64,000 nt of DNA, from positions 9,170 through 73,169 of the forward strand of contig JAJPJI010000029.1 of NCBI GenBank assembly GCA_021324305.1, given 5' to 3'. A program made the position numbers and the translations under genes. Source of the stretch: Gammaproteobacteria bacterium (lineage in GTDB: Bacteria > Pseudomonadota > Gammaproteobacteria > DSM-16500). Below the pieces are notes generated by a model. That model did not search any database. It was not told where the DNA came from and was given only the letters and a program-made list of their open reading frames with translations. Shown here piece by piece: positions 44,535 to 53,759 of the stretch (within the stretch, counting starts at the first letter, position 1; the number at the start of each line of letters is the position of its first letter).

Positions 44535-44742
44535 TTCATTGATGAATTATAGCTTGATTTGTTATCTTCATCTGACTATAGATATCAGATTGGATGTTAA
44601 ATGAAAATGAATATGCACATCGTCATGTTTCATCGTTGGCTCGAGGCCAGGGATAGCATCCTTGCAGACGAAGCTGCATTCTGCGATCGGGCGGCACACC
44701 CTTGTGCCACACGGTCTACGCGGATACCACCGCTGGCCTCGA
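44535..44742. repeat. Dispersed intergenic element, copy B, with multi-stem insert
   Basis: 44609-44648 is 35/40 identical to 22629-22668; 44539-44564 is 23/26 identical to 22600-22625; 10-bp inverted repeat 44641-44650/44733-44742. Confidence 0.65.
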
Positions 44743-44954
44743 TCTTCCCAGCACGTGGTCATGTTCTCATTTAGAAAATCATATCGATACGAATGAACCA
44801 AATTGAATGTTTGTTACAGGATTGCCTCCATCAAGTGAGTGCAACCGGCAATGAATAACTACATATTCAATGTCACCAATGGTTATTCGACACGACAGGT
44901 AGAGAAAGCAGCAGTCGCGGGTTCTGTATGAAAAAATTAAAATGGATTCATCAT

Positions 44955-45365
44955 ATGAAAAATAACTCATCCCATGGATTTCATCTCATTGAAATTTTAA
45001 CCACGGTCGCCATTCTTGGAATCATAATCACACTGAGCTTTCCTCTTTATTCGCAATATCTGATTACTACACGCAGAATGGAGGCTGCAACGACGCTCGG
45101 AAAACTCGCGATCGCGCTGGAACTGTACCATACTGAACACAATTCATATCATGCCGCCACGCTTGCTGCGCTGAAATTTCCAGAAATGATTGCCGGCAAC
45201 AACTATAAATTAAGTATCGAATCCGCCTCTGTGCACAGTTATATGGTCATGGCTACACCTGTTGGAAATCAGGCGAGGAAAGATCCTGCCTGCTCTGCGC
45301 TGATCTTGTACGCAGACGGAAAAATGGATATCAGCGGCACTGGGAATGTAAAGGATTGCTGGTAA
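44955..45365 (+). CDS. pilE: Type IV pilin (PilE-like)
   Basis: Class III signal G|FHLIE, PLYSQY..RR.EA, ATPVGNQ..D..C; likely start 44955. Confidence 0.85.
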   Translation: MKNNSSHGFHLIEILTTVAILGIIITLSFPLYSQYLITTRRMEAATTLGKLAIALELYHTEHNSYHAATLAALKFPEMIAGNNYKLSIESASVHSYMVMATPVGNQARKDPACSALILYADGKMDISGTGNVKDCW

Positions 45366-45370
45366 AGCCG

Positions 45371-45928
45371 TTATGTCATTTCGTCATCACAACGCAATGC
45401 CTGACCCCTGCCATCCTTGATCACGCCATTCTGGTCCGGGTAGACAAGACGTGTACGTCCCGTTTTATTGAGCACAATCGCCCACACAGCTGATTCATTG
45501 TGACAATGCCAAAATGTACCATTATCACTGTTTGCTGTATCAGCAGGCAGAAAAAGCAGATAGCGGCGATAGGATGGAAATGAACGCCAGAACAGGCTCC
45601 CATGTGACGGCGAAACACTAAATCTCAGTATTTGTTCTTCATCATGGACAACACCATCCTGATTGCTATCGATGAATACCAATAATCCATCTGTCCATGT
45701 TCCTGAACAGGATTTAGCGTCACTGCTTGCACAGAGCGCCACCGGCAGTTTTCTCAGGCGCGATTCAAATCTCGCCAGATTAACAGCGTCCAATAATTCT
45801 TTCCGCCAGATTTCATCACGCGCTTGATAGAGAATATTTTTAAGCGCAGGCAGTGCCATCGCCGTCAGTATGGCGATAATGAAAACCGCGATCATCGTTT
45901 CGATGAGTGAAATTCCATTGGGTTTCAT
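45371..45928 (-). CDS. fimT: FimT/GspH family minor pilin
   Basis: G|ISLIE, ARFES....VALCAS..C, NGTFWHC, C-terminal GRTR; likely start 45928. Confidence 0.8.
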   Translation of the reverse strand: MKPNGISLIETMIAVFIIAILTAMALPALKNILYQARDEIWRKELLDAVNLARFESRLRKLPVALCASSDAKSCSGTWTDGLLVFIDSNQDGVVHDEEQILRFSVSPSHGSLFWRSFPSYRRYLLFLPADTANSDNGTFWHCHNESAVWAIVLNKTGRTRLVYPDQNGVIKDGRGQALRCDDEMT

Positions 45929-46000
45929 GATAAGTGAACAACCGTTTGAATGAATAGCAAGCACACGCGGATGAGAGATGTGTTGAACAGAAATGAGATA

Positions 46001-46039
46001 CAAAACCGAGATGCCTCCCCGCCTGCGCGGAGAGGCATC
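46001..46039 (-). terminator. Intrinsic terminator after lysS
   Basis: 13-bp stem on the minus strand (one G-U) followed by tcggttttg. Confidence 0.65.
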
Positions 46040-46044
46040 GCTGC

Positions 46045-47562
46045 CTACTCTTTGGGCCGCATATGCGGGAAGAGAATGACATCGCGAATGGAGGGAGAAT
46101 CCGTGAACAGCATCACCAGCCTGTCTATACCTATTCCCTCACCTGCCGTAGGAGGCAGCCCATGCTCAAGCGCTGTAATGTAATCCGAATCATAGGGCAT
46201 GGCTTCCTCATCACCAGCAGCTTTATCTGCCATTTGCTGGCGAAAGCGCTCCGCCTGATCTTCTGGATCATTTAATTCAGAAAAGCCGTTCGCTATCTCA
46301 CGGCCAGCGATAAATAATTCAAATCGATCGGTAATAAATGGATTTTTGTCGTTGCGTCGCGCTAATGGCGATACTTCCGCGGGATACTCTGTGATAAAGG
46401 TGGGCTGTTTTAATTGATGCTCGACAGTCTTGTCAAATATCTCCACCTGCATTTTTCCGAGACCAAAACTTTCCTGAAATGGTATTTCCAGTTTAGCGGC
46501 CGTATTTTTTGCTGCATCCAGTGTATTAATGTCTTCTTCTTTCAGATGAGGATTAAATTTCAGAATGGATTCCCTGAGCGACAATCTTGCGAACGGTTTA
46601 CTAAAGTCAAATTCGATATTCTGATATGAGAATTGAAGACCGCCTGTTACTTCAATGGCGATTTTGCGGAACATGTCTTCCGTCAGATTCATCAGGTCGT
46701 GATAATCCGCATAAGCCTGATAAAACTCCAGCATGGTGAATTCCGGATTATGCTGCGTGGACAATCCTTCATTTCGGAAATTACGATTGATTTCAAATAC
46801 ACGTTCAAAGCCGCCGACCACCAGGCGTTTTAAATATAACTCTGGTGCAATACGTAAAAACAGCGGCAAATCCAGCGCATGGTGATGCGTGACAAACGGC
46901 TTGGCCGCCGCGCCGCCGGCAAGCACTTGCATCATCGGTGTTTCCACTTCCAGAAAGTGTTTTTCCTGTAAAAATACGCGAATGGTGTTGGTTATCCGGG
47001 AACGAATCAAGAAGGTACGACGCGTTTCATCATTCGCGATCAAATCCAGATAGCGCTGACGATAACGTGTTTCCTGGTCGGTCAATCCATGAAACTTGTC
47101 CGGCAAGGGACGAATTGCCTTGGTAAGCAAGTGAATTTTTTTTGCTTTCACTGAAATCTCGCCGGTTTTGGTTTTAAACACGACACCTTCAACGCCAATA
47201 ATATCGCCCAGATCCCATTGCTTGAATTCTTCATAGACTTCAGGCGTAACATCATCCTGGCGAATATAAAGCTGTATACGTCCTGACATATCCAGTATAT
47301 GCACAAAACTGGCTTTACCCATCATGCGCCTGGTCATAATGCGGCCGGCTACCTTGACATGAACAGGGTGAGCCTCCAGCTCAGGCTCTTCCATTTTGCC
47401 ATACTGCTGCAGCAGATCTGCAGCCAGGATATCCCGGCGAAAATCCGTTGGATAGGCGTGGCCCTTCACGCGCCATTCCGCAAGCTTGATACGGCGCTGT
47501 TCAATTAAATCATGCGTACTCATCTGTTCATTGTCTTGTTTCTGATCTGACATAGTCTTCAT
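46045..47562 (-). CDS. lysS: Lysine-tRNA ligase class II
   Basis: [39 protein letters not shown]. Confidence 0.99.
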   Translation of the reverse strand: MKTMSDQKQDNEQMSTHDLIEQRRIKLAEWRVKGHAYPTDFRRDILAADLLQQYGKMEEPELEAHPVHVKVAGRIMTRRMMGKASFVHILDMSGRIQLYIRQDDVTPEVYEEFKQWDLGDIIGVEGVVFKTKTGEISVKAKKIHLLTKAIRPLPDKFHGLTDQETRYRQRYLDLIANDETRRTFLIRSRITNTIRVFLQEKHFLEVETPMMQVLAGGAAAKPFVTHHHALDLPLFLRIAPELYLKRLVVGGFERVFEINRNFRNEGLSTQHNPEFTMLEFYQAYADYHDLMNLTEDMFRKIAIEVTGGLQFSYQNIEFDFSKPFARLSLRESILKFNPHLKEEDINTLDAAKNTAAKLEIPFQESFGLGKMQVEIFDKTVEHQLKQPTFITEYPAEVSPLARRNDKNPFITDRFELFIAGREIANGFSELNDPEDQAERFRQQMADKAAGDEEAMPYDSDYITALEHGLPPTAGEGIGIDRLVMLFTDSPSIRDVILFPHMRPKE

Positions 47563-47584
47563 CCGCCATCTTTACAATATTGCA

Positions 47585-48683
47585 CTAGAGACCAGCCAAT
47601 AAACTGGCTTCAATAAACTTATCCAGGTCGCCATCCAGTACCGCCTGGGTATTACCGACCTCCACGCCTGTGCGCAAATCCTTGATTCGTGACATATCGA
47701 GTACATAGGAACGAATCTGGCTGCCCCAGGTGATATCTTTCTTGTTAGCTTCCAAAGCAGCCTGCTTGTCACGCTGCTTCTGGATTTCCATTTCATACAA
47801 CCTTGCCCGCAGCTGTTTCATCGCCTGAGCCCTGTTCTTGTGCTGCGAACGATCAGACTGGCATTGCACGACGATATTGGTCGGAACATGTGTGATACGG
47901 ACAGCGGAATCAGTACGGTTAACATGCTGACCGCCGGCACCACTGGCTCGATAGGTATCGACCCGTAAGTCAGCAGGGTTAATTTCTATCTGCACATTGT
48001 CATCTATTTCCGGTGAAATGAACACGGAAGCAAATGAGGTATGACGCTTATTGTTGGAATCAAACGGCGATTTGCGGACCAGTCTGTGCACTCCACTTTC
48101 CGTGCGCAGTCAGCCATAAGCATAAGACCCCTCGAATTTTACGGTAGCACTTTTAATGCCAGCCACTTCACCAGGAGATACTTCTATCAATTCAGTCTTG
48201 AACCCGTGGCGTTCACCCCAGCGCAGATACATGCGTAACAGCATGTTTGCCCAGTCTTGTGCTTCCGTACCGCCAGATCCGGACTGGATATCCATATAGG
48301 CATGATTTGCGTCCATTTCTCCTGAGAACATCCGGCGGAATTCGAGTTCTTCAATCCGCTTGGTCAGTCTTTCCGCATCCTTGGCAATGGCATCAAGGGT
48401 ATCCGTATCATTCTCGGCAGCAGCAAGTTCGTACAATTCTTCTGTTTCACGCAGGGAATTCTGCAAGGATTCCATCATATCCACGACTTCCTCCAGCTGG
48501 GCACGTTCCTTACCCAATGCCTGGGTTTTTTCCTGCTGTTTCCAGATTTCCGGTGATTCCAGCTCCTGCCTGATTGCAGCTAAGCGCTCTTTCTTTTGAT
48601 CGACCTCAAAGATACCCCCAGATACCTTCCAGACGGGTTTGTAACTCTTTAAGGTAGTTTCGCATGGATGTAATTTCTATCAT
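47585..48683 (-). pseudogene. prfB: Peptide chain release factor 2 with programmed +1 frameshift and an extra in-frame TGA as sequenced (may be read through or be an error)
   Basis: 25 codons from 48683, then CTT TGA (48611-48606). The +1 frame continues to 47585 (365 aa in total) but has TGA at 48112-48110 where homologues have Trp (YAYGWLRTE). SPF and GGQ motifs lie downstream of that stop. Confidence 0.85.
48603..48622 (-). other. prfB programmed +1 frameshift site
   Basis: TGG GGG TAT CTT TGA G: internal SD-like run, then CTT TGA at codon 26. Confidence 0.92.
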
Positions 48684-48789
48684 GACCAAGGCCTTTTATA
48701 CTGCTCCACTCTGCTAGTGGAAAATTAATTAGTCTCGCGCGACAATTTAACAAGATTTTGACCAAGAATAAAGGAACGACTGAACCATG

Positions 48790-49245
48790 TCATTGCCGCT
48801 CTTGTTCTTCATGCAGACTGATGGCAAAAACCAGAGCATCCTCGTTGCCAGACACGGTGGGATAATAACCTTTCCGTTCTCCGATCTGATGAAACTTCAT
48901 CTGTCTGTATAAAGAGATAGCCCGCCTGTTTGAGCGCCGCACTTCAAGGTAAGCAATACCTATCCCGTGTTTGCGCACATGGTTTAAAGCATGTTCAAGC
49001 AGCGCCCGTCCCCAGCCTTTACCCTGAAACTCCCGCGCCACACACAGGTTCAGGATATGACACTCTTCGGAGGTAACTGAAATGATGATAAAACCGATTA
49101 TTTTTTTATCTGCTTCCACGACCCATCCAGTATATCCCGCCTGAAAACAGGCCTTGAACGTTTGCTCATTCCATGGCGCAATATGGACGGCATTCTCTAT
49201 CGCCAGTATTTGATTGATATCTGATTGATATAATGTTCTCAGCAT
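48790..49245 (-). CDS. rimI: Ribosomal protein S18 alanine N-acetyltransferase
   Basis: ECHILNLCV, QGKGWGR, AYLEVRRSN..AI.LY, YY..EDA; likely start 49245. Confidence 0.92.
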   Translation of the reverse strand: MLRTLYQSDINQILAIENAVHIAPWNEQTFKACFQAGYTGWVVEADKKIIGFIIISVTSEECHILNLCVAREFQGKGWGRALLEHALNHVRKHGIGIAYLEVRRSNRRAISLYRQMKFHQIGERKGYYPTVSGNEDALVFAISLHEEQERQ

Positions 49246-49360
49246 GACAAAAGTATCTATCAAGTTTGAACACGCGTCCATCAGTTTGAATACCAAGATG
49301 ACTGGCTCATCCCCTGCCGGACTGTTATAGTAGCGGCATTGATATATGAGTTAAACACCG

Positions 49361-49909
49361 ATGCCATACCGTCTTACAAAAATTTACACGCGCAAAGGCG
49401 ACGAAGGCTATACTACCCTGGGAGATAAACCCGTCTCCAAGGATGACTTGCTGATCGAAGCGCTCGGAACAATCGATGAATTAAACTCCGTCATTGGGTT
49501 GATCATTTCCCAGAAGATTAATGACAAAAACATTGAAACTCGCCTAACCAAAATCCAGAATGATTTGTTCGATCTGGGCGGTGAGCTGCATTTGCCTGAG
49601 CGCATCACTATCACCCCCGAAAAAGTCGCCGAACTGGAACATGCACTGGATACGTGGAATAAAACCCTTCCGCCACTCAAGGAATTTTTACTTCCGCGCG
49701 GCAATCCGAAATCAGCCGCCGCTCACGTAGCTCGAACCGTATGCCGGCGCGCTGAACGCTGCATGGTCAGGCTGCATAGACAAGTGACCCTGAACAACCC
49801 CGTCATGCTTTGTTATTTAAACCGTCTGTCCGATTTATTGTTCGTGATTGCACGCATGCTGGCCCGGGAAAGTGAAGAACAGGAATTGCTATGGGATCAC
49901 AGTAAATAA
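49361..49909 (+). CDS. Cob(I)alamin adenosyltransferase (PduO type)
   Basis: KIYTRKGDEG.T, GTIDELNS, RTVCRRAER, YLNRLSDLLF. Confidence 0.93.
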   Translation: MPYRLTKIYTRKGDEGYTTLGDKPVSKDDLLIEALGTIDELNSVIGLIISQKINDKNIETRLTKIQNDLFDLGGELHLPERITITPEKVAELEHALDTWNKTLPPLKEFLLPRGNPKSAAAHVARTVCRRAERCMVRLHRQVTLNNPVMLCYLNRLSDLLFVIARMLARESEEQELLWDHSK

Positions 49910-49920
49910 AAACTGTTACT

Positions 49921-50757
49921 TCATTTTGTTGAAAAATTCCTGTTTTTGTGACGTTCAGACACGACTTCTGAGGTCGTTACCACAGGCTCATAGATAACAA
50001 CGGGTAAAAATAAGGTAATCGTCTGGAACGTTGATCCATTCTTTTTCACATAAACCGGTGAAGGTACAGGATTAACCATGATCACTTCCTGCGTCCGCCA
50101 CTGCTGACGGTTAAGCCTGAAGTTGTCATACAGACATTTTGACATTTCTTCCGCCGTTTCTGTCGATGTGTCAAATATTTTCGCCCGGCCGTTAATATAA
50201 TTGGCGTCATATAGATAATATTTGCCGTCACGAAAATAAATTCCGATGGAATGCTTGTATATCGTATGGCTCATGACTGTGACAGACGTATTTTCTTTAA
50301 CATGATTATCGAGCAATTTGGCAAAGGATTTGTTGGAAAAGTAAGTACACCAATATAATTTGTCGGGTGTTTCCATGATTGAATCGACATCACGCTGCTG
50401 GATTCGCCTGCCGTAACCATACTGATTGATGTTCTGGGCAAATTCTACCTGGGCAAGAAATTTTTGCACATCGATGTCTTCATCCAGTTCTTTCAGTTTA
50501 TCCGTCGGCTGGTTTATGATTTTCTCTATCACAGCATAAAATTGCTCTTCATTATAATCCGCCATTTTCTGCTGCCACACGACATTCAGTCCGTGACAAT
50601 AACCTTTATCATCCCATAACGGCCGTTTGAGTTCCTTTAGATAAAGGTTAATGTGTTTTAACAACATGCCCTGGGATAAAACAGGAGGATGGACTGTTGC
50701 GACAGCCTGATTGTCATTAGAGCCCTGCGGATCTCTTCCCTGCATAACATTCTCCAT
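49921..50757 (-). CDS. YopT-like (C58) cysteine protease-fold protein, putative effector
   Basis: GYCHGL..VW (Cys), KHSIGI (His), YLYDAN (Asp), in YopT/AvrPphB order. Confidence 0.7.
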   Translation of the reverse strand: MENVMQGRDPQGSNDNQAVATVHPPVLSQGMLLKHINLYLKELKRPLWDDKGYCHGLNVVWQQKMADYNEEQFYAVIEKIINQPTDKLKELDEDIDVQKFLAQVEFAQNINQYGYGRRIQQRDVDSIMETPDKLYWCTYFSNKSFAKLLDNHVKENTSVTVMSHTIYKHSIGIYFRDGKYYLYDANYINGRAKIFDTSTETAEEMSKCLYDNFRLNRQQWRTQEVIMVNPVPSPVYVKKNGSTFQTITLFLPVVIYEPVVTTSEVVSERHKNRNFSTK

Positions 50758-50808
50758 GAATGAAGCGTGAACGCTTGTGAACCCCCGCCAAAAACAACCG
50801 GCGTATGT

Positions 50809-50846
50809 TTGAATGACACGCCGATATTCACTGGCGTGTCATTCAA
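50809..50846. repeat. Perfect 14-bp palindrome after lpdA
   Basis: ttgaatgacacgcc/ggcgtgtcattcaa with a 10-nt loop; no U-tract on either strand. Confidence 0.55.
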
Positions 50847-50906
50847 GTATTGCACAAAATGCGTCTATCTGTCAGATACGGAACGGCAGGGTGCCATCCT
50901 ATTGCA

Positions 50907-52340
50907 TTAACCAGTCACCTTATCGTGCTTTTTCTTTGGCATATACAAGTCAGTGATGGTGCCTTCAAAAACTTCCGCAGCAAGCATGACCGTTTCAGAA
51001 AGCGTCGGATGCGGATGGATAGTCAATGCAAGGTCTTCAACGTCACAGCCCATTTCAATGGCTAACGCGACTTCAGCAATTAACTCGCCTGCGTTGGGGC
51101 CCACGATACCCGCACCAATTACACGATGAGTAGTCTCATCAATAATCAGCTTGGTCAAGCCTTCACTGCGTCCAATACTCAGTGAACGGCCGCTGGCAGC
51201 CCATGGGAATACCCCTTTTCCGTATTTAATTCCTTTCGCCTTTGCTTCATTTTCGGTGACACCCACCCATGCAACCTCAGGGTCGGTATAAGCAACACTC
51301 GCTATGCATCTCGCATCAAAGAAATGCTTGAGTCCCGCGATCACTTCAGCCGCAATACGGCCTTCCGGCATGGCTTTGTGTGCCAGCATGGGATTACCGA
51401 CGACATCTCCAATTGCAAAAATATGCGGTACATTGGTTCGCATTTGCTTGTCGACCGGAATAAATCCGCGCTCATCAACCTTGATACCAGCCTTGGCTGC
51501 ATCAATCTGATCACCATTCGGACGTCTGCCAACTGCACAGAGAATTCGATCAAATTTTTCCGGCTTTTGCGGTGCGCCTTCACCCTCAAATGTCACATAC
51601 AAGCCATCTTTTTTTGCTTCCACCTTGGTGACTTTCGACTTGAGATAGATATTTTTGTAACGTCCCTTGATACGTTTATAAAGCGGCATCACCACATCAT
51701 TATCCGCACCAGGAATTATCTGATCCATCAATTCAACCACAGTGATTTCGGCTCCGAGTGTGTGATAAACCGTCGCCATTTCGAGGCCGATAATACCACC
51801 GCCAATCACCAGCATTTTACAGTCTGTTTCACCGAGTTCCAGCGCACCGGTGGAATCAATAATACGCGGGTCATCAGGCAGGAATGGCAGTTTTACCGGA
51901 CGAGAACCCACTGCAATAATCGCCTGTTCAAATTTCACAATTTCCTTTTTGCCATCTTTCATGGTCACTTCAATTTCGTGATCCGAAACAAATCTGGCAA
52001 CGCCGGTAACAATGTCAACCTTGCGGACTTTTGTCAGGGTTTTGACACCGCCCGTCAATTTGGTGACGACACTGTTCTTCCATTCGAGTAATTTTTTTGT
52101 ATCGATTTTTGGCTTGCCAAACTGTATGCCATGCTCAGCCATTTCAGCTGCGTCATCGATCACCTTGGCGGCATGTAATAATGCTTTTGACGGAATGCAG
52201 CCCACATTGAGGCAAACACCGCCCACTGTTTCATAGCGTTCAATCATGACGACTTTCTTGCCCAGATCGGCAGCGCGGAATGCTGCTGTATATCCACCTG
52301 GGCCACTGCCTATCACCACAACTTCTGTTTGGATACTCAT
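50907..52340 (-). CDS. lpdA: Dihydrolipoamide dehydrogenase
   Basis: GSGPGGY, GGVCLNVGCIPSK, HPHPTLSE. Confidence 0.98.
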   Translation of the reverse strand: MSIQTEVVVIGSGPGGYTAAFRAADLGKKVVMIERYETVGGVCLNVGCIPSKALLHAAKVIDDAAEMAEHGIQFGKPKIDTKKLLEWKNSVVTKLTGGVKTLTKVRKVDIVTGVARFVSDHEIEVTMKDGKKEIVKFEQAIIAVGSRPVKLPFLPDDPRIIDSTGALELGETDCKMLVIGGGIIGLEMATVYHTLGAEITVVELMDQIIPGADNDVVMPLYKRIKGRYKNIYLKSKVTKVEAKKDGLYVTFEGEGAPQKPEKFDRILCAVGRRPNGDQIDAAKAGIKVDERGFIPVDKQMRTNVPHIFAIGDVVGNPMLAHKAMPEGRIAAEVIAGLKHFFDARCIASVAYTDPEVAWVGVTENEAKAKGIKYGKGVFPWAASGRSLSIGRSEGLTKLIIDETTHRVIGAGIVGPNAGELIAEVALAIEMGCDVEDLALTIHPHPTLSETVMLAAEVFEGTITDLYMPKKKHDKVTG

Positions 52341-52352
52341 GTTTTTTGATCC

Positions 52353-53678
52353 TTATAACAACAAATTTCTAATGTCAGACAACATATTGCTTAAATGCAC
52401 AATAAAGCGCGCGCCATCAGCGCCATCAATGACCCGATGATCATAAGAGAATGATAACGGCAGCATGAGACGAGGAACAAATCCACCATCCTGATAAACG
52501 GGTTTATAAGATGATTTGGACACACCCAAAATTGCCACTTCCGGGGAGTTGATAATAGGGGTAAATGCTGTTCCGCCAATACCACCCAAACTGGAAATGG
52601 AAAAACAGCCGCCTTGCATGTCACCAGGCGTCAGCTGCTTGTTTCTTGCTTTTTCACTTACCTGTGCCAATTCCCTGGCAAGATCAACCAGCCCCTTTTT
52701 GTCAACATCACGAATCACCGGCACTACCAGACCATCCGGCGTATCGACCGCCACACCCAGATGGAAATACTTTTTCATCACCAGGTTTTCTCCCGAGGCG
52801 TCCAGAGATGCATTCACATGCGGGAAAGCCTTCAGGGATGCAACAACCGCTTTCATGATGAATACAAGCGGGGTCAGTTTGATTTTTTGCTTATCCATCT
52901 CGGCTTTTTGCGCCTGCCGGAACTCTTCCAGGGAAGTGATGTCAGCTTCGCCAAACTGGGTGACATGCGGAATCATCATCCAGTTACGCTGGAGATTTTT
53001 ACCTGAAATCTTTTTGATGCGTGATAGTCCCTGTGTTTCTATTGGACCAAACCTGGAAAAATCAATTACCGGCGCCGCAGGCAGCGACATGGGCAAAACG
53101 CCGCTTTGTAATTGTGACAGCTGGCTTTTAACATAGGATTGGACATCTTCTTTCAAAATTCGCTGCTTGGGACCCGTACCAGCTATCAGAGTCAAATTCA
53201 CCCCCAGTTCACGTGCCATGCGGCGCACACCAGGACCAGCATGTACATCGCCGGTCGATTGAACTGTACCAGTCAATACCTGGGCAACCGGCACTGCGGC
53301 TGGACCAGCTTCGGGCTTCGATGCTTCATGAGTGACGCTTGCCGCTTTCTCTGGCTGTCCAGATGGCTGAGCCGCTGCGGCAGGTCCGGGTACCTGCTCT
53401 TGTGTCCGGGCTTTTGCCGGTTCGGCTTCTGCTGCCCCGGCTTCCACTGTAACAAGAATCGAACCACTGGAAACTTTATCACCTACCTTGACTTTTACTT
53501 CCTTGACTATACCACTGTCAGCCGCCGGGACTTCCATCGTTGCCTTATCTGATTCAAGCGTAACAATAGAAGTTTCTGAATCAATTTTATCACCCGGTTT
53601 CACTAAGACTTCGATCACGGTGACATCCGCTGCACCGCCCAAATCAGGTGTTGTAATATTTTTCAATGCCAAAGTCAT
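52353..53678 (-). CDS. aceF: Dihydrolipoamide acetyltransferase (single lipoyl domain)
   Basis: LESDKAT lipoyl Lys, HAGPGVRR binding domain, YDHRVIDGA. Confidence 0.96.
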   Translation of the reverse strand: MTLALKNITTPDLGGAADVTVIEVLVKPGDKIDSETSIVTLESDKATMEVPAADSGIVKEVKVKVGDKVSSGSILVTVEAGAAEAEPAKARTQEQVPGPAAAAQPSGQPEKAASVTHEASKPEAGPAAVPVAQVLTGTVQSTGDVHAGPGVRRMARELGVNLTLIAGTGPKQRILKEDVQSYVKSQLSQLQSGVLPMSLPAAPVIDFSRFGPIETQGLSRIKKISGKNLQRNWMMIPHVTQFGEADITSLEEFRQAQKAEMDKQKIKLTPLVFIMKAVVASLKAFPHVNASLDASGENLVMKKYFHLGVAVDTPDGLVVPVIRDVDKKGLVDLARELAQVSEKARNKQLTPGDMQGGCFSISSLGGIGGTAFTPIINSPEVAILGVSKSSYKPVYQDGGFVPRLMLPLSFSYDHRVIDGADGARFIVHLSNMLSDIRNLLL

Positions 53679-53719
53679 GTCCTCCTAAAAGTCCAAGTAA
53701 GCGTAGAAGTTGGTCTCTT

Positions 53720-53748
53720 GTTGTGCCAGCTTTCGCTGGCATGACAAC
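53720..53748 (-). repeat. REP-like hairpin GTCATGCCAGC-GAAA-GCTGGCA between aceE and aceF
   Basis: GTCA-initiated hairpin with GAAA loop, a typical REP half-unit architecture. Confidence 0.55.
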
Positions 53749-53759
53749 GTTTTGTAATG

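Noticed and set aside
44637-44749. tRNA-Sec (selC): minus strand begins GGAAGATCG and ends GCCA
   Set aside because: The GGAAGATC segment has no complementary 3' strand, there is no UCA anticodon loop, and the arm order does not fit.
47585-48683. Genome-wide UGA=Trp recoding (genetic code 4)
   Set aside because: bamA, cdsA, tolR and ybgC end at the expected C-termini with TGA, Trp is encoded by TGG throughout, and the aceE interruption is TAG rather than TGA.
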